Virus record (IMG/VR): IMGVR_UViG_3300036792_000218
Span: 1-64,000 of that record
Strand: one strand, 5' to 3'
Length of the DNA: 64,000 nucleotides
Source: a virus
The notes below the pieces were generated by a model. The model searched no databases. It had not been told where the DNA came from and saw only the letters and a program-made list of their open reading frames with translations. Shown here piece by piece: positions 45,118-54,209 of the stretch; position 1 is the first letter of the stretch; every line of letters starts with the position of its first letter. Position numbers and translations under genes: made by a program.

Positions 45118-45291
45118 TCACTCGTCGCCTGCAGCCAGCCGGATCGCCTTTTCGTCCCACGCCCCACGGGTAGCGCTACCGGGCTCGAAACGGGACGCGT
45201 ACCGGGCCAGCCCGGCAGCCGCCTCCGCCTTCGGGACTTCCCGCATTACGCCGGCGTCGACGTCGTACACCGTCACCAGGTCGCCGCTCAT
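45118..45291 (-). CDS. hypothetical protein
   Basis: ATGA coupling to the upstream gene. Confidence 0.5.
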   Translation of the reverse strand: MSGDLVTVYDVDAGVMREVPKAEAAAGLARYASRFEPGSATRGAWDEKAIRLAAGDE

Positions 45292-45758
45292 GACGTGGCA
45301 CCGGGCAGGAGCGCGGGCATCACGCCGCGCCCGTAGACCGCGGCGAGCTGCGGTGCGGCCCACTCGCCGACCGTGGAGCCGTCGGGGAGGACGACGGAGT
45401 CAAGGAACTCGCGCTCGACCGTGGAGATCCCGGCCTCAACCGCTTCGAGTTTGGCCTTGACGACCAGGGCGAGGGCGCGCCACCGCTGGCGGGTTCCCTG
45501 CTCGTAGGCGACTTGGGCGGATGCCGCCGAACGGGTCTTGCCGGTCGGGGTGCGGGTGAACTCCGGGTCGCCTGGGTTCGGCATGGGTAGCCGGAACCGG
45601 ATGTGCCGGTCGGCGAGCTTGAACGCGATCGAGGCGGTCGCGTCGTCGTCGTCCCACGCGTAAGCGAACGCCTTGGCGCCGTAGCGCCGTAGCGTCCGCT
45701 CGATCTCCGCGCGTGACTTCTCGCTGGACACTTCGGTGCCCTGGGCGTAGGTGCTCAT
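45288..45758 (-). CDS. conserved phage hypothetical protein
   Basis: YA..T.V...KSRAEIERTLRRYGA...WRALALVVKAKLEAVEAGI, a recurrent phage family. Confidence 0.8.
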   Translation of the reverse strand: MSTYAQGTEVSSEKSRAEIERTLRRYGAKAFAYAWDDDDATASIAFKLADRHIRFRLPMPNPGDPEFTRTPTGKTRSAASAQVAYEQGTRQRWRALALVVKAKLEAVEAGISTVEREFLDSVVLPDGSTVGEWAAPQLAAVYGRGVMPALLPGATS

Positions 45759-45985
45759 TCGGCTTCCTCTTTCGGCTGCTCGGTTGAGGTCGTGCCCGCG
45801 CCGTCCTCGAGCGCGACGGTCAGGTACAGGCGGTCACCGTCGTAGGCGTCGGGCCCGGTGACTACGCGCACGCCCGGCATGCTGGTCAACTGGCTGGCCA
45901 GGTCCCCGGCTGACCCGCCTTGGAGTCGTACGCGGACGACGCCGGGCGGTAGCGGGGCGAACGTCCGGCCGCGACGGTCAGCCAT
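45755..45985 (-). CDS. hypothetical protein
   Basis: Overlapping start/stop chain. Confidence 0.5.
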   Translation of the reverse strand: MADRRGRTFAPLPPGVVRVRLQGGSAGDLASQLTSMPGVRVVTGPDAYDGDRLYLTVALEDGAGTTSTEQPKEEAE

Positions 45986-46418
45986 CGCCGTCATCCGCGC
46001 ACTCCCAGCACAGTCCGTCCTCGCCCGTCGGCTCGGCATGGCAGTTCGGGCACAGAGGGGTGCGCTCGCCGGGGGTTCCGACCTGCCGCCAGTCAAGCGC
46101 GGGCTTGTGGCCGGCGCTGGCCGCGTTGACTGCGCGGCCGTCGCCGGTGAAGTGGGACCAGCCCGCCATCAGGTCCAGGATCGGCTCACCGCAGACGGTG
46201 CAGTACGCTTCCGTCTTTTCCATGGCGGCCAGTGCTTCGAGCGCGGCGGCAAGGCTGACGGCTGCGGCTTCGAGGTCGGCCTTGGCGCCGTCCCAGCGGT
46301 CGGCGGGCGCGGTGGCCCGGACAGCGCCCCACATGCCCGCCCGCGCGAGGCCGACCTTGGAAGCGAGCTCGTCGAGGTGGGCCATCACGTCTTTGACGGA
46401 CGGCTTGTCAGCGGTCAC
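45978..46418 (-). CDS. hypothetical protein with two zinc ribbons
   Basis: CTVC, CPNC, CWEC; GGAG RBS. Confidence 0.6.
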   Translation of the reverse strand: MTADKPSVKDVMAHLDELASKVGLARAGMWGAVRATAPADRWDGAKADLEAAAVSLAAALEALAAMEKTEAYCTVCGEPILDLMAGWSHFTGDGRAVNAASAGHKPALDWRQVGTPGERTPLCPNCHAEPTGEDGLCWECADDGDG

Positions 46419-46603
46419 CGCCGGCTCCTGCGGCGGTGGTTCCCGCCGACCGGGCCTGACTCGCGGAGCGACAGCGGGCCGAGGCGGACGGTGCCCGACT
46501 GCCAGGCGCGGCCCCGGCCGATCGGGACGGACTGGCGGAAGCGGAAGCGGAACGGGCCGATGCGGAATGACTCCGACTCCGACAGGCGGAACCTGATCCT
46601 CAT
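46415..46603 (-). CDS. small Arg-rich hypothetical protein
   Basis: ATGA/GTGA coupling; repeated S.RIGPF / VRLGPL. Confidence 0.5.
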   Translation of the reverse strand: MRIRFRLSESESFRIGPFRFRFRQSVPIGRGRAWQSGTVRLGPLSLRESGPVGGNHRRRSRR

Positions 46604-46842
46604 GACGGGTCCTTTCGTGCCGCCGTGGCGGCGTCTGTGCTGGCGTGCTGTTGCGCTTGCTCTACGAACTCGGCGCGGTACTTGACGCCTGCCTTGCGGT
46701 ACAGGTGGCCGATCGCCACCGTGACGGTTCTTGATGACAGGTGCAGGCGGTTGGCGATCTGGGTGTTTGACAAGCCCTCCACGATCAGGGCCGTGATTTC
46801 CTGCTCGCGCGGGGTCAGCGGTGTGCCTGCGGTGCCGCTCAT
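46600..46842 (-). CDS. LuxR-type HTH regulator (standalone)
   Basis: LTPREQEI..LIVEGLSNTQIANRLHLSSRTV...LYRKAGV. Confidence 0.85.
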   Translation of the reverse strand: MSGTAGTPLTPREQEITALIVEGLSNTQIANRLHLSSRTVTVAIGHLYRKAGVKYRAEFVEQAQQHASTDAATAARKDPS

Positions 46843-47579
46843 GTGACCGTCCACGTAGTGACCGGCCCTTTGGTGGTCGCCGTTTTCGGGGTGGTCTCCG
46901 GTACCGCCTCGCCGTCCTCGCGCATGGCCTTCAGGCGGTACTTGACGCTGGACTTCGCGACCCCGAGCGCGCGGGCGATCGAGCACTCGGTCAGGCCGGG
47001 GTACGTCGTCAGGTGCTCGCGGATACGGGCCCGGAGGTCGTCGGCGGGGGCCTCACCCATCGCGGCGCGGCTGCCGGTTGCGGTGCTCTCACCGGGGCCG
47101 TCCCAGCGGACGGTGACGATCGCGCTTACGTTCGTGTCGCCGCTGATCATGCCGAGGACCATGCCGGCCAGGTGCCCGGCGCAGGCTTCTTCGGCCCCGG
47201 CCTCGGCACCCCAGGACGGGTCCAGGTCGGACCGTTCCACGATGAAGCGGGACGGCGCCCCGCACGGCTCGGCGTAACGGCGGCCGTCCCCGTCCTCGAC
47301 GTCGCCCTCGACGTCGGCCGTGCACACGGGCCGCTGGTCCGCGCGCCTGATGGCGAAGGCCCCGCCGTCGTCGCGCAGGTACAGGTCAAGCAGCGTCGGC
47401 AGGCACCCGCAGTCGTCGGCGCCCATGTGGTGAAAGCCGTTGGCACACCTATTGTCGGGGCACCCGCAGGAGTCCCCGGTCCAGGTGGTGCCGTTGCCCC
47501 AGTTGGCCCGGTCCCACTCGGCCGGGGTGACGCCGGCGCGGCGCAGAACCGCCCTCGCGGTCTCGTTCAGCTGGCTCAT
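46839..47579 (-). CDS. Cys-rich protein with C-terminal winged HTH
   Basis: DSCGCPDNRC...CGC; IREHL..YPGLTECSIARALGVAKSSVKYRL. Confidence 0.7.
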   Translation of the reverse strand: MSQLNETARAVLRRAGVTPAEWDRANWGNGTTWTGDSCGCPDNRCANGFHHMGADDCGCLPTLLDLYLRDDGGAFAIRRADQRPVCTADVEGDVEDGDGRRYAEPCGAPSRFIVERSDLDPSWGAEAGAEEACAGHLAGMVLGMISGDTNVSAIVTVRWDGPGESTATGSRAAMGEAPADDLRARIREHLTTYPGLTECSIARALGVAKSSVKYRLKAMREDGEAVPETTPKTATTKGPVTTWTVT

Positions 47580-47591
47580 GGTTGCTGTCCT

Positions 47592-47999
47592 TCAGCGCGC
47601 GACGTGGAACGCCGGGAAGTAGCCGCCTGCCGGGTTGAATGCGACCTGGCCGCCGGCCGTACCGCAGGGGCGGCCGAACACGTCGCCGACGACCCAGGTA
47701 CCGGCCGGGTTACGGGTGGTGAAGGTGAACGCGAGGCTGAACGCCTTAGCGTCCTGCTTGGCCACGGTGCTCCGTATGACCGCGCCGGTCTGCTCGTTGA
47801 CCGCTGTCGCCTGGATGTCGTCGGCGCAGGCGCTGACGCGGACGGCCAGGCCGAGCTTGACGGGCTCGCGGACGCTGGCGTGGGCGAGCTTGACCGACAC
47901 GGTCAGGGTCTTGAAGGCCCCGGCGTGCGCTGTCGCGGGCGTGAGCGCCACGGCGGTTACGGCGGCCGCGGCCGCGATCAGGTGCCCGGTCTTAGGCAT
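47592..47999 (-). CDS. secreted hypothetical protein
   Basis: Signal peptide MPKTGHLIAAAAAVTAVALTPATAHA; AAGGA RBS. Confidence 0.65.
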   Translation of the reverse strand: MPKTGHLIAAAAAVTAVALTPATAHAGAFKTLTVSVKLAHASVREPVKLGLAVRVSACADDIQATAVNEQTGAVIRSTVAKQDAKAFSLAFTFTTRNPAGTWVVGDVFGRPCGTAGGQVAFNPAGGYFPAFHVAR

Positions 48000-48366
48000 C
48001 GTTGCCGTCCTTTCCGGGTGCCTCAGCATCCGGGTAGTTGCCGTTGGCGTACAGCCGCATCTCGTCGGTGGTGTTCACGATCGCGGTGCTGACACGCGCT
48101 ACGCCGGCGTCGAACCCGGCCGCGTACGTGTCCGGGTCACCGGGGACCAGGAGGGTCAGGGTGCGGCCCTCCGCGCGGCGCTTGACGTCGTACCAGGTCG
48201 GGTGCCAGCGCTCGTCTATCCGGGCGTCGGTGGTGTACCAGTTGCCGATGTTCGACTTGTTCGACACCCAGACCTCCTGGTGTGACTCGCCCCAGTCGAT
48301 CGCGACCACGGAGCCGGTCGGGGGTTCCTCGTCGAGCCCGGTGGGCAGCGGGTCGTTCACGGTCAC
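47992..48366 (-). CDS. hypothetical protein
   Basis: GTGA coupling, GAGG RBS; Trp-rich. Confidence 0.6.
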   Translation of the reverse strand: MTVNDPLPTGLDEEPPTGSVVAIDWGESHQEVWVSNKSNIGNWYTTDARIDERWHPTWYDVKRRAEGRTLTLLVPGDPDTYAAGFDAGVARVSTAIVNTTDEMRLYANGNYPDAEAPGKDGNDA

Positions 48367-48920
48367 CGCTTGTCCTCTCCGGTCGCCGTGGCGACGTGGT
48401 CGGCCAGGCTGGCCGGCTTGAGCCCGGCGTCGTACGTGCCGGCCCCGAGGATCGTGCCGCTGACGGCGGCCTCGTCGCCGGTGCCCGGCAGGAGCCGCCA
48501 ATGGCGCTTGCGGGTTCCGGTGGAGAACCCGGTCTCCGCGTCGAACCGCATCGGGACGTCCGCCTCCGCCGTGGCGAAGACATCGGACCCGTCCGCGCCG
48601 AGCGCGGTTACCGTCGCGGGCTGCACTATTACGCCCTGGAGCGGCTGGCCGGTGGTCTCGTCGCACCGCACCAGGCGTGCGGCCATCCCGACCCGCCACT
48701 CGGTCGCGGTCGCGGCGTCGGGCGGGTCGAGGAAGAGGTGGAGGGTAACCACCCGCCCCGACTGGAGGGTCACGGTGAACGCCGCGTCCGCCGGGTCGCC
48801 GTCGAGCAGGTTGAGCGTTGACACCATGGGGGCGCCGTCGCGGAGCGCCACGTCGGGGGAGCGCACCAGCGCCCTCCTGATCGCGGCCAGGTCGGGGATG
48901 TCGAACGGGATGTCAGCCAT
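48363..48920 (-). CDS. hypothetical protein
   Basis: AAAGGA RBS. Confidence 0.6.
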   Translation of the reverse strand: MADIPFDIPDLAAIRRALVRSPDVALRDGAPMVSTLNLLDGDPADAAFTVTLQSGRVVTLHLFLDPPDAATATEWRVGMAARLVRCDETTGQPLQGVIVQPATVTALGADGSDVFATAEADVPMRFDAETGFSTGTRKRHWRLLPGTGDEAAVSGTILGAGTYDAGLKPASLADHVATATGEDKR

Positions 48921-48944
48921 CAGGTTTCCTTTGCTGTGGCGGGT

Positions 48945-48972
48945 GGCCCCGCAGGCGGTTGCCTGCGGGGCC
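48945..48972. repeat. conserved intergenic hairpin GGCCCCGCAGGC-N4-GCCTGCGGGGCC, copy 1
   Basis: Near-identical copies at 50900-50927 and 51530-51558. Confidence 0.85.
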
Positions 48973-48978
48973 CGGTGG

Positions 48979-49284
48979 TCAGGCGAGGCGGCGGCGGACG
49001 GTGACGGTGAAGCTGGCGGGAATGGCGATCGTGGTGCCGGACAGGAACCAAACCCTCTTAGCCTCGATCGGCATGCGCGGCCCGCGCGGACGGCTGGTCT
49101 CGTACATGGCGTGCCAGTCGCTGACGATGGCCTTGATGCCGCTGTTGATGACGGCGCCGCGGATTCCCCGCTGCGCGGGGAACGAGACCACGAAGTCGCC
49201 GTGCCGCAGTTCGGTGAACGTGACGTCTTCCGGGTCGGCGAACTGCGGCTCGGCGGTGGCGGGTTGCGTCGTGGCGGTGGTCAT
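48979..49284 (-). CDS. hypothetical protein
   Basis: GGGGGA RBS; first gene after promoter copy 5. Confidence 0.65.
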   Translation of the reverse strand: MTTATTQPATAEPQFADPEDVTFTELRHGDFVVSFPAQRGIRGAVINSGIKAIVSDWHAMYETSRPRGPRMPIEAKRVWFLSGTTIAIPASFTVTVRRRLA

Positions 49285-49311
49285 CGTGTCCCCCGGTGGT
49301 CTCGGTAGATG

Positions 49312-49357
49312 CTTACGGAGACAACATTATCCGTTCATAATAATGTCGTCAACTTAT
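49312..49357 (-). promoter_or_regulatory. repeated promoter/operator, copy 5 (TTGACG-17-TAATGT)
   Basis: -35 at 49352-49347, -10 at 49329-49324, GACAACATTAT...ATAATGTCGTC inverted repeat. Confidence 0.85.
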
Positions 49358-50863
49358 TCAGGGCGTGTCGGCGAACCCTTCCCCGTCCTCTCCGGTCCCG
49401 GCGGCGGCCTCGGCGGCGGTGCGGGCTGCGACCTCGGCGGCGTCCACGGCGGCGGCCTCGGCGACCGCTTCGGCCTTGGCCCGCACGGCGTCGACTACGG
49501 CCTGCTCGCACGGCGCCAGGTCGTATCCCCACCCGGCGAGCGCAGTCAGGTACTCAGCCGATGCGCGCTGCGGGGTGCGCCACGTCATGGTGTCGGCGGT
49601 CAGCCACTCGCACGCCCCTATCACCAGCGCGAAGGTGACCAGGTGGGCGCGCTGCTCGGACGCCCCGGTGAGGCTGTCGGCGAGCGGTGACTTGTAGTCG
49701 CCGTAGCCGCTGTAGCCGCTGTCGGCCTCGATGCCGCCGAGCAGGGCCCGCGCGGTCTTGTGCCTGCCGCCGCTCATGCTGGTGAACGACCGGATCAGGT
49801 AGCTGTCCGCCGCGGCGAGCGCCTTGACGGTGAACAGGGCGGCACCCGCGGGCAGGTCCTTGCCGTGCAGCAGCACGTCTGTCAGCCACCGCTGGCGGAC
49901 GGTCGTCGCGGACCGCCAGGCGCTGTTACCCTCGCGTACCCGCCTCTTGTCCTCGGGTGACGTCTCGGGCTGCCCGCTGTCGTGGCGCTTCTTGTGGCCG
50001 TTGGCCTTCGGGTCGGTGCAGTACCACGACTCGTCGACGTACCTGTTGTCGCCGTGGCCCATCACGTACAGGACAACTACGTTGCCCGGGCAGTCCTTGT
50101 GGCTTGCGGGGTCGAGCCGGTTCCCGTCAGTGTCCACCCAGTAATTCAGCCCGTTCTCGTAGTGGATTGCGTCGTCGCTGACCTTGATGCCCTGCCCGTC
50201 CAGCTCGGCGGCTCGGGCGGCCTTCATGGCCCGCTCGGTGCGCTTGTCGCGGCACTGCTGAACCTGGTGGTCGAACTGGCCGGGCTGGTCGACGGCGGTC
50301 ACGGCGAGGTGCTTGGCGATCGCGGGCTCGTCGTCGAACTCGGCGATCGCCGCGGCCTGGAGCATGTCGAGCGGGTACTGGTGGGCCAGGGTGCGCGCGG
50401 TGTCGGAGGCGTGAGTCTTGCGGGCGGCGGCGATCTCGGTCCGCTCGTAGCCGGTCATTTTCTTGACCGTGACGGCGTTCGCGCCGAGGTCGAATAGCTG
50501 GGCGACGGCGGCGGCGCGGTCGGCCGTGGTCAGGCCCTCGCGGTTCTCGTTCTCGTCCCATTGCTCGAGGATCCGCGCGATCTCCGCTTCTGTGGTTCCG
50601 GCGGTGCCCTCGACGACGACGGCCGGGACCTGGCATCCGACCTCGATGCAGGCCAGCCGGCGGCGTGCCCCGAACCGCAAGACGAGTTCGCCGTCCGGGG
50701 TCCGGAGGACGCCGATCGGCTGCCGGACCCAGTTCGCGCGGATGGAGTCGATGAGTTCCTTGCTGGGCTGCGCGTCGCGGATGTTGCCCACGACGGTGAT
50801 CGCCGCGGGGTCGAGCACTTCGAGCGTCATCGCGGGTGTCTTCACTGATGCGGTCTTCGGCAT
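49358..50863 (-). CDS. ParB/RepB/Spo0J-family protein
   Basis: NIR...ELIDSIRANWVRQPIGV...GARRRLAC...ENENREGL, then HTH and a long C-terminus. Confidence 0.88.
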   Translation of the reverse strand: MPKTASVKTPAMTLEVLDPAAITVVGNIRDAQPSKELIDSIRANWVRQPIGVLRTPDGELVLRFGARRRLACIEVGCQVPAVVVEGTAGTTEAEIARILEQWDENENREGLTTADRAAAVAQLFDLGANAVTVKKMTGYERTEIAAARKTHASDTARTLAHQYPLDMLQAAAIAEFDDEPAIAKHLAVTAVDQPGQFDHQVQQCRDKRTERAMKAARAAELDGQGIKVSDDAIHYENGLNYWVDTDGNRLDPASHKDCPGNVVVLYVMGHGDNRYVDESWYCTDPKANGHKKRHDSGQPETSPEDKRRVREGNSAWRSATTVRQRWLTDVLLHGKDLPAGAALFTVKALAAADSYLIRSFTSMSGGRHKTARALLGGIEADSGYSGYGDYKSPLADSLTGASEQRAHLVTFALVIGACEWLTADTMTWRTPQRASAEYLTALAGWGYDLAPCEQAVVDAVRAKAEAVAEAAAVDAAEVAARTAAEAAAGTGEDGEGFADTP

Positions 50864-50899
50864 TGAGTGTCCTGTCTGATCGGTGTGTGTTGTGGTGGT

Positions 50900-50927
50900 G
50901 GCCCCGCGGGCGGGTGCCTGCGGGGCC
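50900..50927. repeat. conserved intergenic hairpin, copy 2
   Basis: GGCCCCGCGGGC-GGGT-GCCTGCGGGGCC. Confidence 0.85.
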
Positions 50928-50936
50928 GTGGGGTGG

Positions 50937-51470
50937 CTAGTCGAGCTGGACGTGGGCGGTGTTGCCGGTGATCGCGGCGACGTGCCCTACGTACGGGATT
51001 CCGGGCTCTGCGTCGGTGACCTCGATCTCGACGCGGTGACCGACGGCGACCGGCGCGGGGCCCTCGATCGGCATGTCGAGCCAGCCGGTCCCGCCGGCCT
51101 CGATGTCGGCCTGCTCGTGGCGCTCAAGCTCGACGCCGGTCATGTTCACGGCCAGGTGGTGCGGGACGGGCTGCTCGGACAGTTCAGTGATGATCAGGCT
51201 CTGGGGCTGCTCTGGGGTCTTCTCCTGGTCCCCTCCGGCCGCCAGGAGGAGCTTCGCCGGGTTGATCGTGACCGTCCGCACGGCGGCGGTGCGCTTCTTC
51301 GCGGTGGGCGCTCCGTTCATGCGCTGCAGGCGGCCGGTAACCGTCACCGCCCCGGTTGCCTTGCTCACGCTGGCGTGGGTGACCCGGAGCCGGTAGGGCA
51401 GCTTCCTGACCCAGTCCGCGCCGGCGGGAACGATGATCTCGACTCCCGGCTCGATGTCCTCGGGTGACAT
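50937..51470 (-). CDS. hypothetical protein
   Basis: AGGAGG RBS. Confidence 0.65.
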   Translation of the reverse strand: MSPEDIEPGVEIIVPAGADWVRKLPYRLRVTHASVSKATGAVTVTGRLQRMNGAPTAKKRTAAVRTVTINPAKLLLAAGGDQEKTPEQPQSLIITELSEQPVPHHLAVNMTGVELERHEQADIEAGGTGWLDMPIEGPAPVAVGHRVEIEVTDAEPGIPYVGHVAAITGNTAHVQLD

Positions 51471-51529
51471 TTGGTCCTCCTGTCGCTTGGTGCTTACGGT
51501 GGCCGGGCCGCCCGGTCTGCTTGGGGACG

Positions 51530-51558
51530 GGCCCCGCAGGCAGGTCGCCTGCGGGGCC
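51530..51558. repeat. conserved intergenic hairpin, copy 3
   Basis: GGCCCCGCAGGC-AGGTC-GCCTGCGGGGCC. Confidence 0.85.
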
Positions 51559-51564
51559 GGGTAG

Positions 51565-51786
51565 CTAGCGCTTGATGGTCACTTCGGCGCCACGGGTGCC
51601 GTTGCCGTCGCCGATCTCACCGAACGCGGGCGAGCCCTGGATGCTGGTCAGGACGTCGCTGCGGACGTTCTCGACTACCTCGCGGGCGTAGAGCTTGCCG
51701 CCGGCGGCGGGTAGCCCGTACTTGTTGGCGTACTGCTGGACTTGCTGCTCGGTCATTTCGATGACGATCGGGACCTGGATTCGCAC
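51565..51786 (-). CDS. hypothetical protein
   Basis: AAGGAG RBS before the GTG. Confidence 0.65.
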   Translation of the reverse strand: MRIQVPIVIEMTEQQVQQYANKYGLPAAGGKLYAREVVENVRSDVLTSIQGSPAFGEIGDGNGTRGAEVTIKR

Positions 51787-51849
51787 GGGGTTTCTCCTTC
51801 GGCGATCGGGGGCGGGCGCCGCCGGCGGGTGCCGGCGGCGCCGGGGTGG

Positions 51850-52341
51850 CTAGTAGGCGGCTAGCAGGGCGTCAAGGTCGGCTTCGGTCGGGACCGAGTT
51901 GCCGTACAGGCCGCCGTCGAAGACCACGGGGATTTCGAGCTTGCCGGCGTTCTTGCGGAATGAGCGGTAGCGCTTGAGCGCGGTTTCGTTGCGGGTCCCG
52001 GTCACGCCGTTGGAGGTGAGGTGGAAAGTGATACTCACGTGGCCGGTTGTCCAGCCGTGGTAGTAGCGGCCGCCGTCGAGGTGGGTGCGCGTGGTTTCGG
52101 GGGTGTAGCGGGGGTCGTCGCTTTCGTGGTCGAGGGCGTCGTGTCCGGTGAGGGTGTTCGCGCGGGCGCCGGTGCTCTTGGGGAACCGGGCGGCGGCTTC
52201 CCTGGCCTGCTCGATCGTCTCGGTGATCAGGGTCGCGTGGATGCTGAAGCCGCCGTCGCGGTAGGTGACGGCGGTGATGTGGTACGCGGCGCTGTCGATC
52301 CAGTCCTGGTAGTAGCCGGTCCGCCTGTCGTTCGTGTCCAT
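51850..52341 (-). CDS. hypothetical protein
   Basis: AGGGGG RBS; first gene after promoter copy 6. Confidence 0.7.
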   Translation of the reverse strand: MDTNDRRTGYYQDWIDSAAYHITAVTYRDGGFSIHATLITETIEQAREAAARFPKSTGARANTLTGHDALDHESDDPRYTPETTRTHLDGGRYYHGWTTGHVSITFHLTSNGVTGTRNETALKRYRSFRKNAGKLEIPVVFDGGLYGNSVPTEADLDALLAAY

Positions 52342-52367
52342 CGTGTTCCCCCTGTGGTCCCCGGTTG

Positions 52368-52413
52368 CTTACAGAGACAACATTATGTGTGACGGTTAAA
52401 GATGTCAACTTAA
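52368..52413 (-). promoter_or_regulatory. repeated promoter/operator, copy 6 (TTGACA-17-TAATGT)
   Basis: -35 at 52408-52403, -10 at 52385-52380; upstream operator half-site degenerate. Confidence 0.85.
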
Positions 52414-52781
52414 TCAGGGCGTGTCGCCAAGCAAGTCCCCCTGCACCAGCGCCGCCCCGCCCCCGCCAGCGGCAGCCGGCGCCGGGTCGCGATCGGGAAA
52501 CCAGCCAAGCCGGAGACCCCGCTCCCACCTCGACGCCAGCCGCGCGTCAAGCGCCCCGTCAAGGCACAGCGCGAGCTCGTAATCGAGCAGCTTCTCCCGG
52601 CCGACCGGAATGTCAGCCGCCACCAGGGAACAGCGCGCGCAGCCCGCCCGGTGCGCCCAGAACCGCGCCGCGGCCTGGTCGCGGGCCGCCACGGCGTGCG
52701 ACAGGGACGGCTGGTAAGCCGGGTTCGGCACCGTCACCGGGGCGCGCACGGGAGCCGCGTCGAACAGCGCCCCGTCGTCAG
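52414..52781 (-). CDS. hypothetical protein
   Basis: Coupled to the upstream gene; H..GCARC; start uncertain. Confidence 0.45.
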
Positions 52782-53407
52782 CCACGGCCAGCCGTGCCGT
52801 CCGCCAGCGCGGCCAGCTCGCCGGACACCTCGGCCTCATGCGCCTGGCCGATCCTGGTGGCGCTCCGGGTCGCCCTCGCGGCGTCAGCGAGGTCCGCGGT
52901 GATGTCGACGTGGCCGGCGCGGCCAAGCGGGACGCCGTCGAGCTGGTCCAGCACCTGCAGCGCCGTCCGCGCCTCGCGCAGCGCCGACTCGGCGTCCCCC
53001 AGGGCGGTCAGCAGCCGGCGTGTCAGTTCCTGCTGGCTGGTCACCGTGGCGAGCCACCCGCGCGCGTAGTCGCAGTCTTCGCAGGCGGCGCACAGCTCGC
53101 AGACCTCGTGAGCGCAGATCTTGCCCTCATGCTTGCCGGCGAAGTGGGCGGCCCGGATCGCGCACGCACCGCAGGAGCAATCTCCGGGGTGGCCGGGTGC
53201 CTCGGTGCGGATGTGCTGGCGGGTGCCGCAGGACCACTCGGCCAGTAGCATCGACGGGTCGCTGACCCGGACGCCGTACCGGACGCAGGCGAGGGCGTCG
53301 GCGTGGGCCATCGCCGCCGGGTAACCGGGCGCGGGGTCCTGTGCTGTCTTCCACTCGCCGTCGGCGGTCATGCGGAAGGTGACCGTGTACAGGGTCGCGT
53401 CAGGCAT
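52778..53407 (-). CDS. Cys/His-rich hypothetical protein
   Basis: CSCGAC, C.HEVCELC..C..C; overlaps the upstream stop. Confidence 0.55.
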   Translation of the reverse strand: MPDATLYTVTFRMTADGEWKTAQDPAPGYPAAMAHADALACVRYGVRVSDPSMLLAEWSCGTRQHIRTEAPGHPGDCSCGACAIRAAHFAGKHEGKICAHEVCELCAACEDCDYARGWLATVTSQQELTRRLLTALGDAESALREARTALQVLDQLDGVPLGRAGHVDITADLADAARATRSATRIGQAHEAEVSGELAALADGTAGRG

Positions 53408-54209
53408 TGCCGGCGTCCTTCCGGTGCGTGTAGACGGAGATGAAGGAGCCCCGGTTGTCCGGGGTGTAGTAACGGCTGGCGATCTCGGTCAGCGCCTTGT
53501 CCATGGCGCGCCGCTCGGGACTGGCGATCGTCCACGTCGCCGGGGCGTTGTCGACGTGGATGTCGATCGAGGTCATCAGGGAGGCGTGCTCGCCCCGCAC
53601 GCGGATCTTGATGCCGTCGGGGCAGTGGGGCAGCGTCTTGCCGGCGAGGGCCGCCTTGATGTCGGCGCGGACCGCCTTGGCGGCTTCGGCGAGGGTGATG
53701 TCCGGGTACTTGAGCACGGGGGCGGGGCTGTCAGGTACGGCCGGGCCCGGCTTCGGCGCGGTGCCCTCGATCACGGCGCACGCCCGGCGTAGCTTGCGCA
53801 GGCCCGCCGCTGAGAGGGGAATGTCCAGGGCGGCGGCCAGCGCGTCCCGGTCCGCGGCGGTGAGGCCGCTGCCCTCGTCGTCGAGCAGCGGGTACAGCAG
53901 CGCGCGGGCCTCCGCGATCGCGCCGAGCGCCCTGCCGATGCGCCTGCCCGCGAGCCCGGCCAGCGCCTTCGCGGTCGCGGCGGGGTCGTCGCTCTCGCGT
54001 GCCTGGTACTCGGCGATGTCCAGTTCTGCCTTGTCGAGGACCGTGCGGGTCGCGTCGATGCCGTCGCGGTCGACCGTGACGGAAGGCAAGAGCAGCAAGT
54101 CATAGTCGCGGCGGGCCGCCCGGTTCGTCCGGGGGCGGTCCTCGGCGGACGGGTCGACGTCGGGCAGGTACCCGGCGAACTGCATGCGGTCAGGGTCGGT
54201 GGTGGTCAT
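53400..54209 (-). CDS. protein with C-terminal LPD29-like domain
   Basis: AKAVRADIKAA...GIKIRVR.EHAS..TSIDIHV resembles LPD29; AAGGAG RBS. Confidence 0.6.
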   Translation of the reverse strand: MTTTDPDRMQFAGYLPDVDPSAEDRPRTNRAARRDYDLLLLPSVTVDRDGIDATRTVLDKAELDIAEYQARESDDPAATAKALAGLAGRRIGRALGAIAEARALLYPLLDDEGSGLTAADRDALAAALDIPLSAAGLRKLRRACAVIEGTAPKPGPAVPDSPAPVLKYPDITLAEAAKAVRADIKAALAGKTLPHCPDGIKIRVRGEHASLMTSIDIHVDNAPATWTIASPERRAMDKALTEIASRYYTPDNRGSFISVYTHRKDAGNA

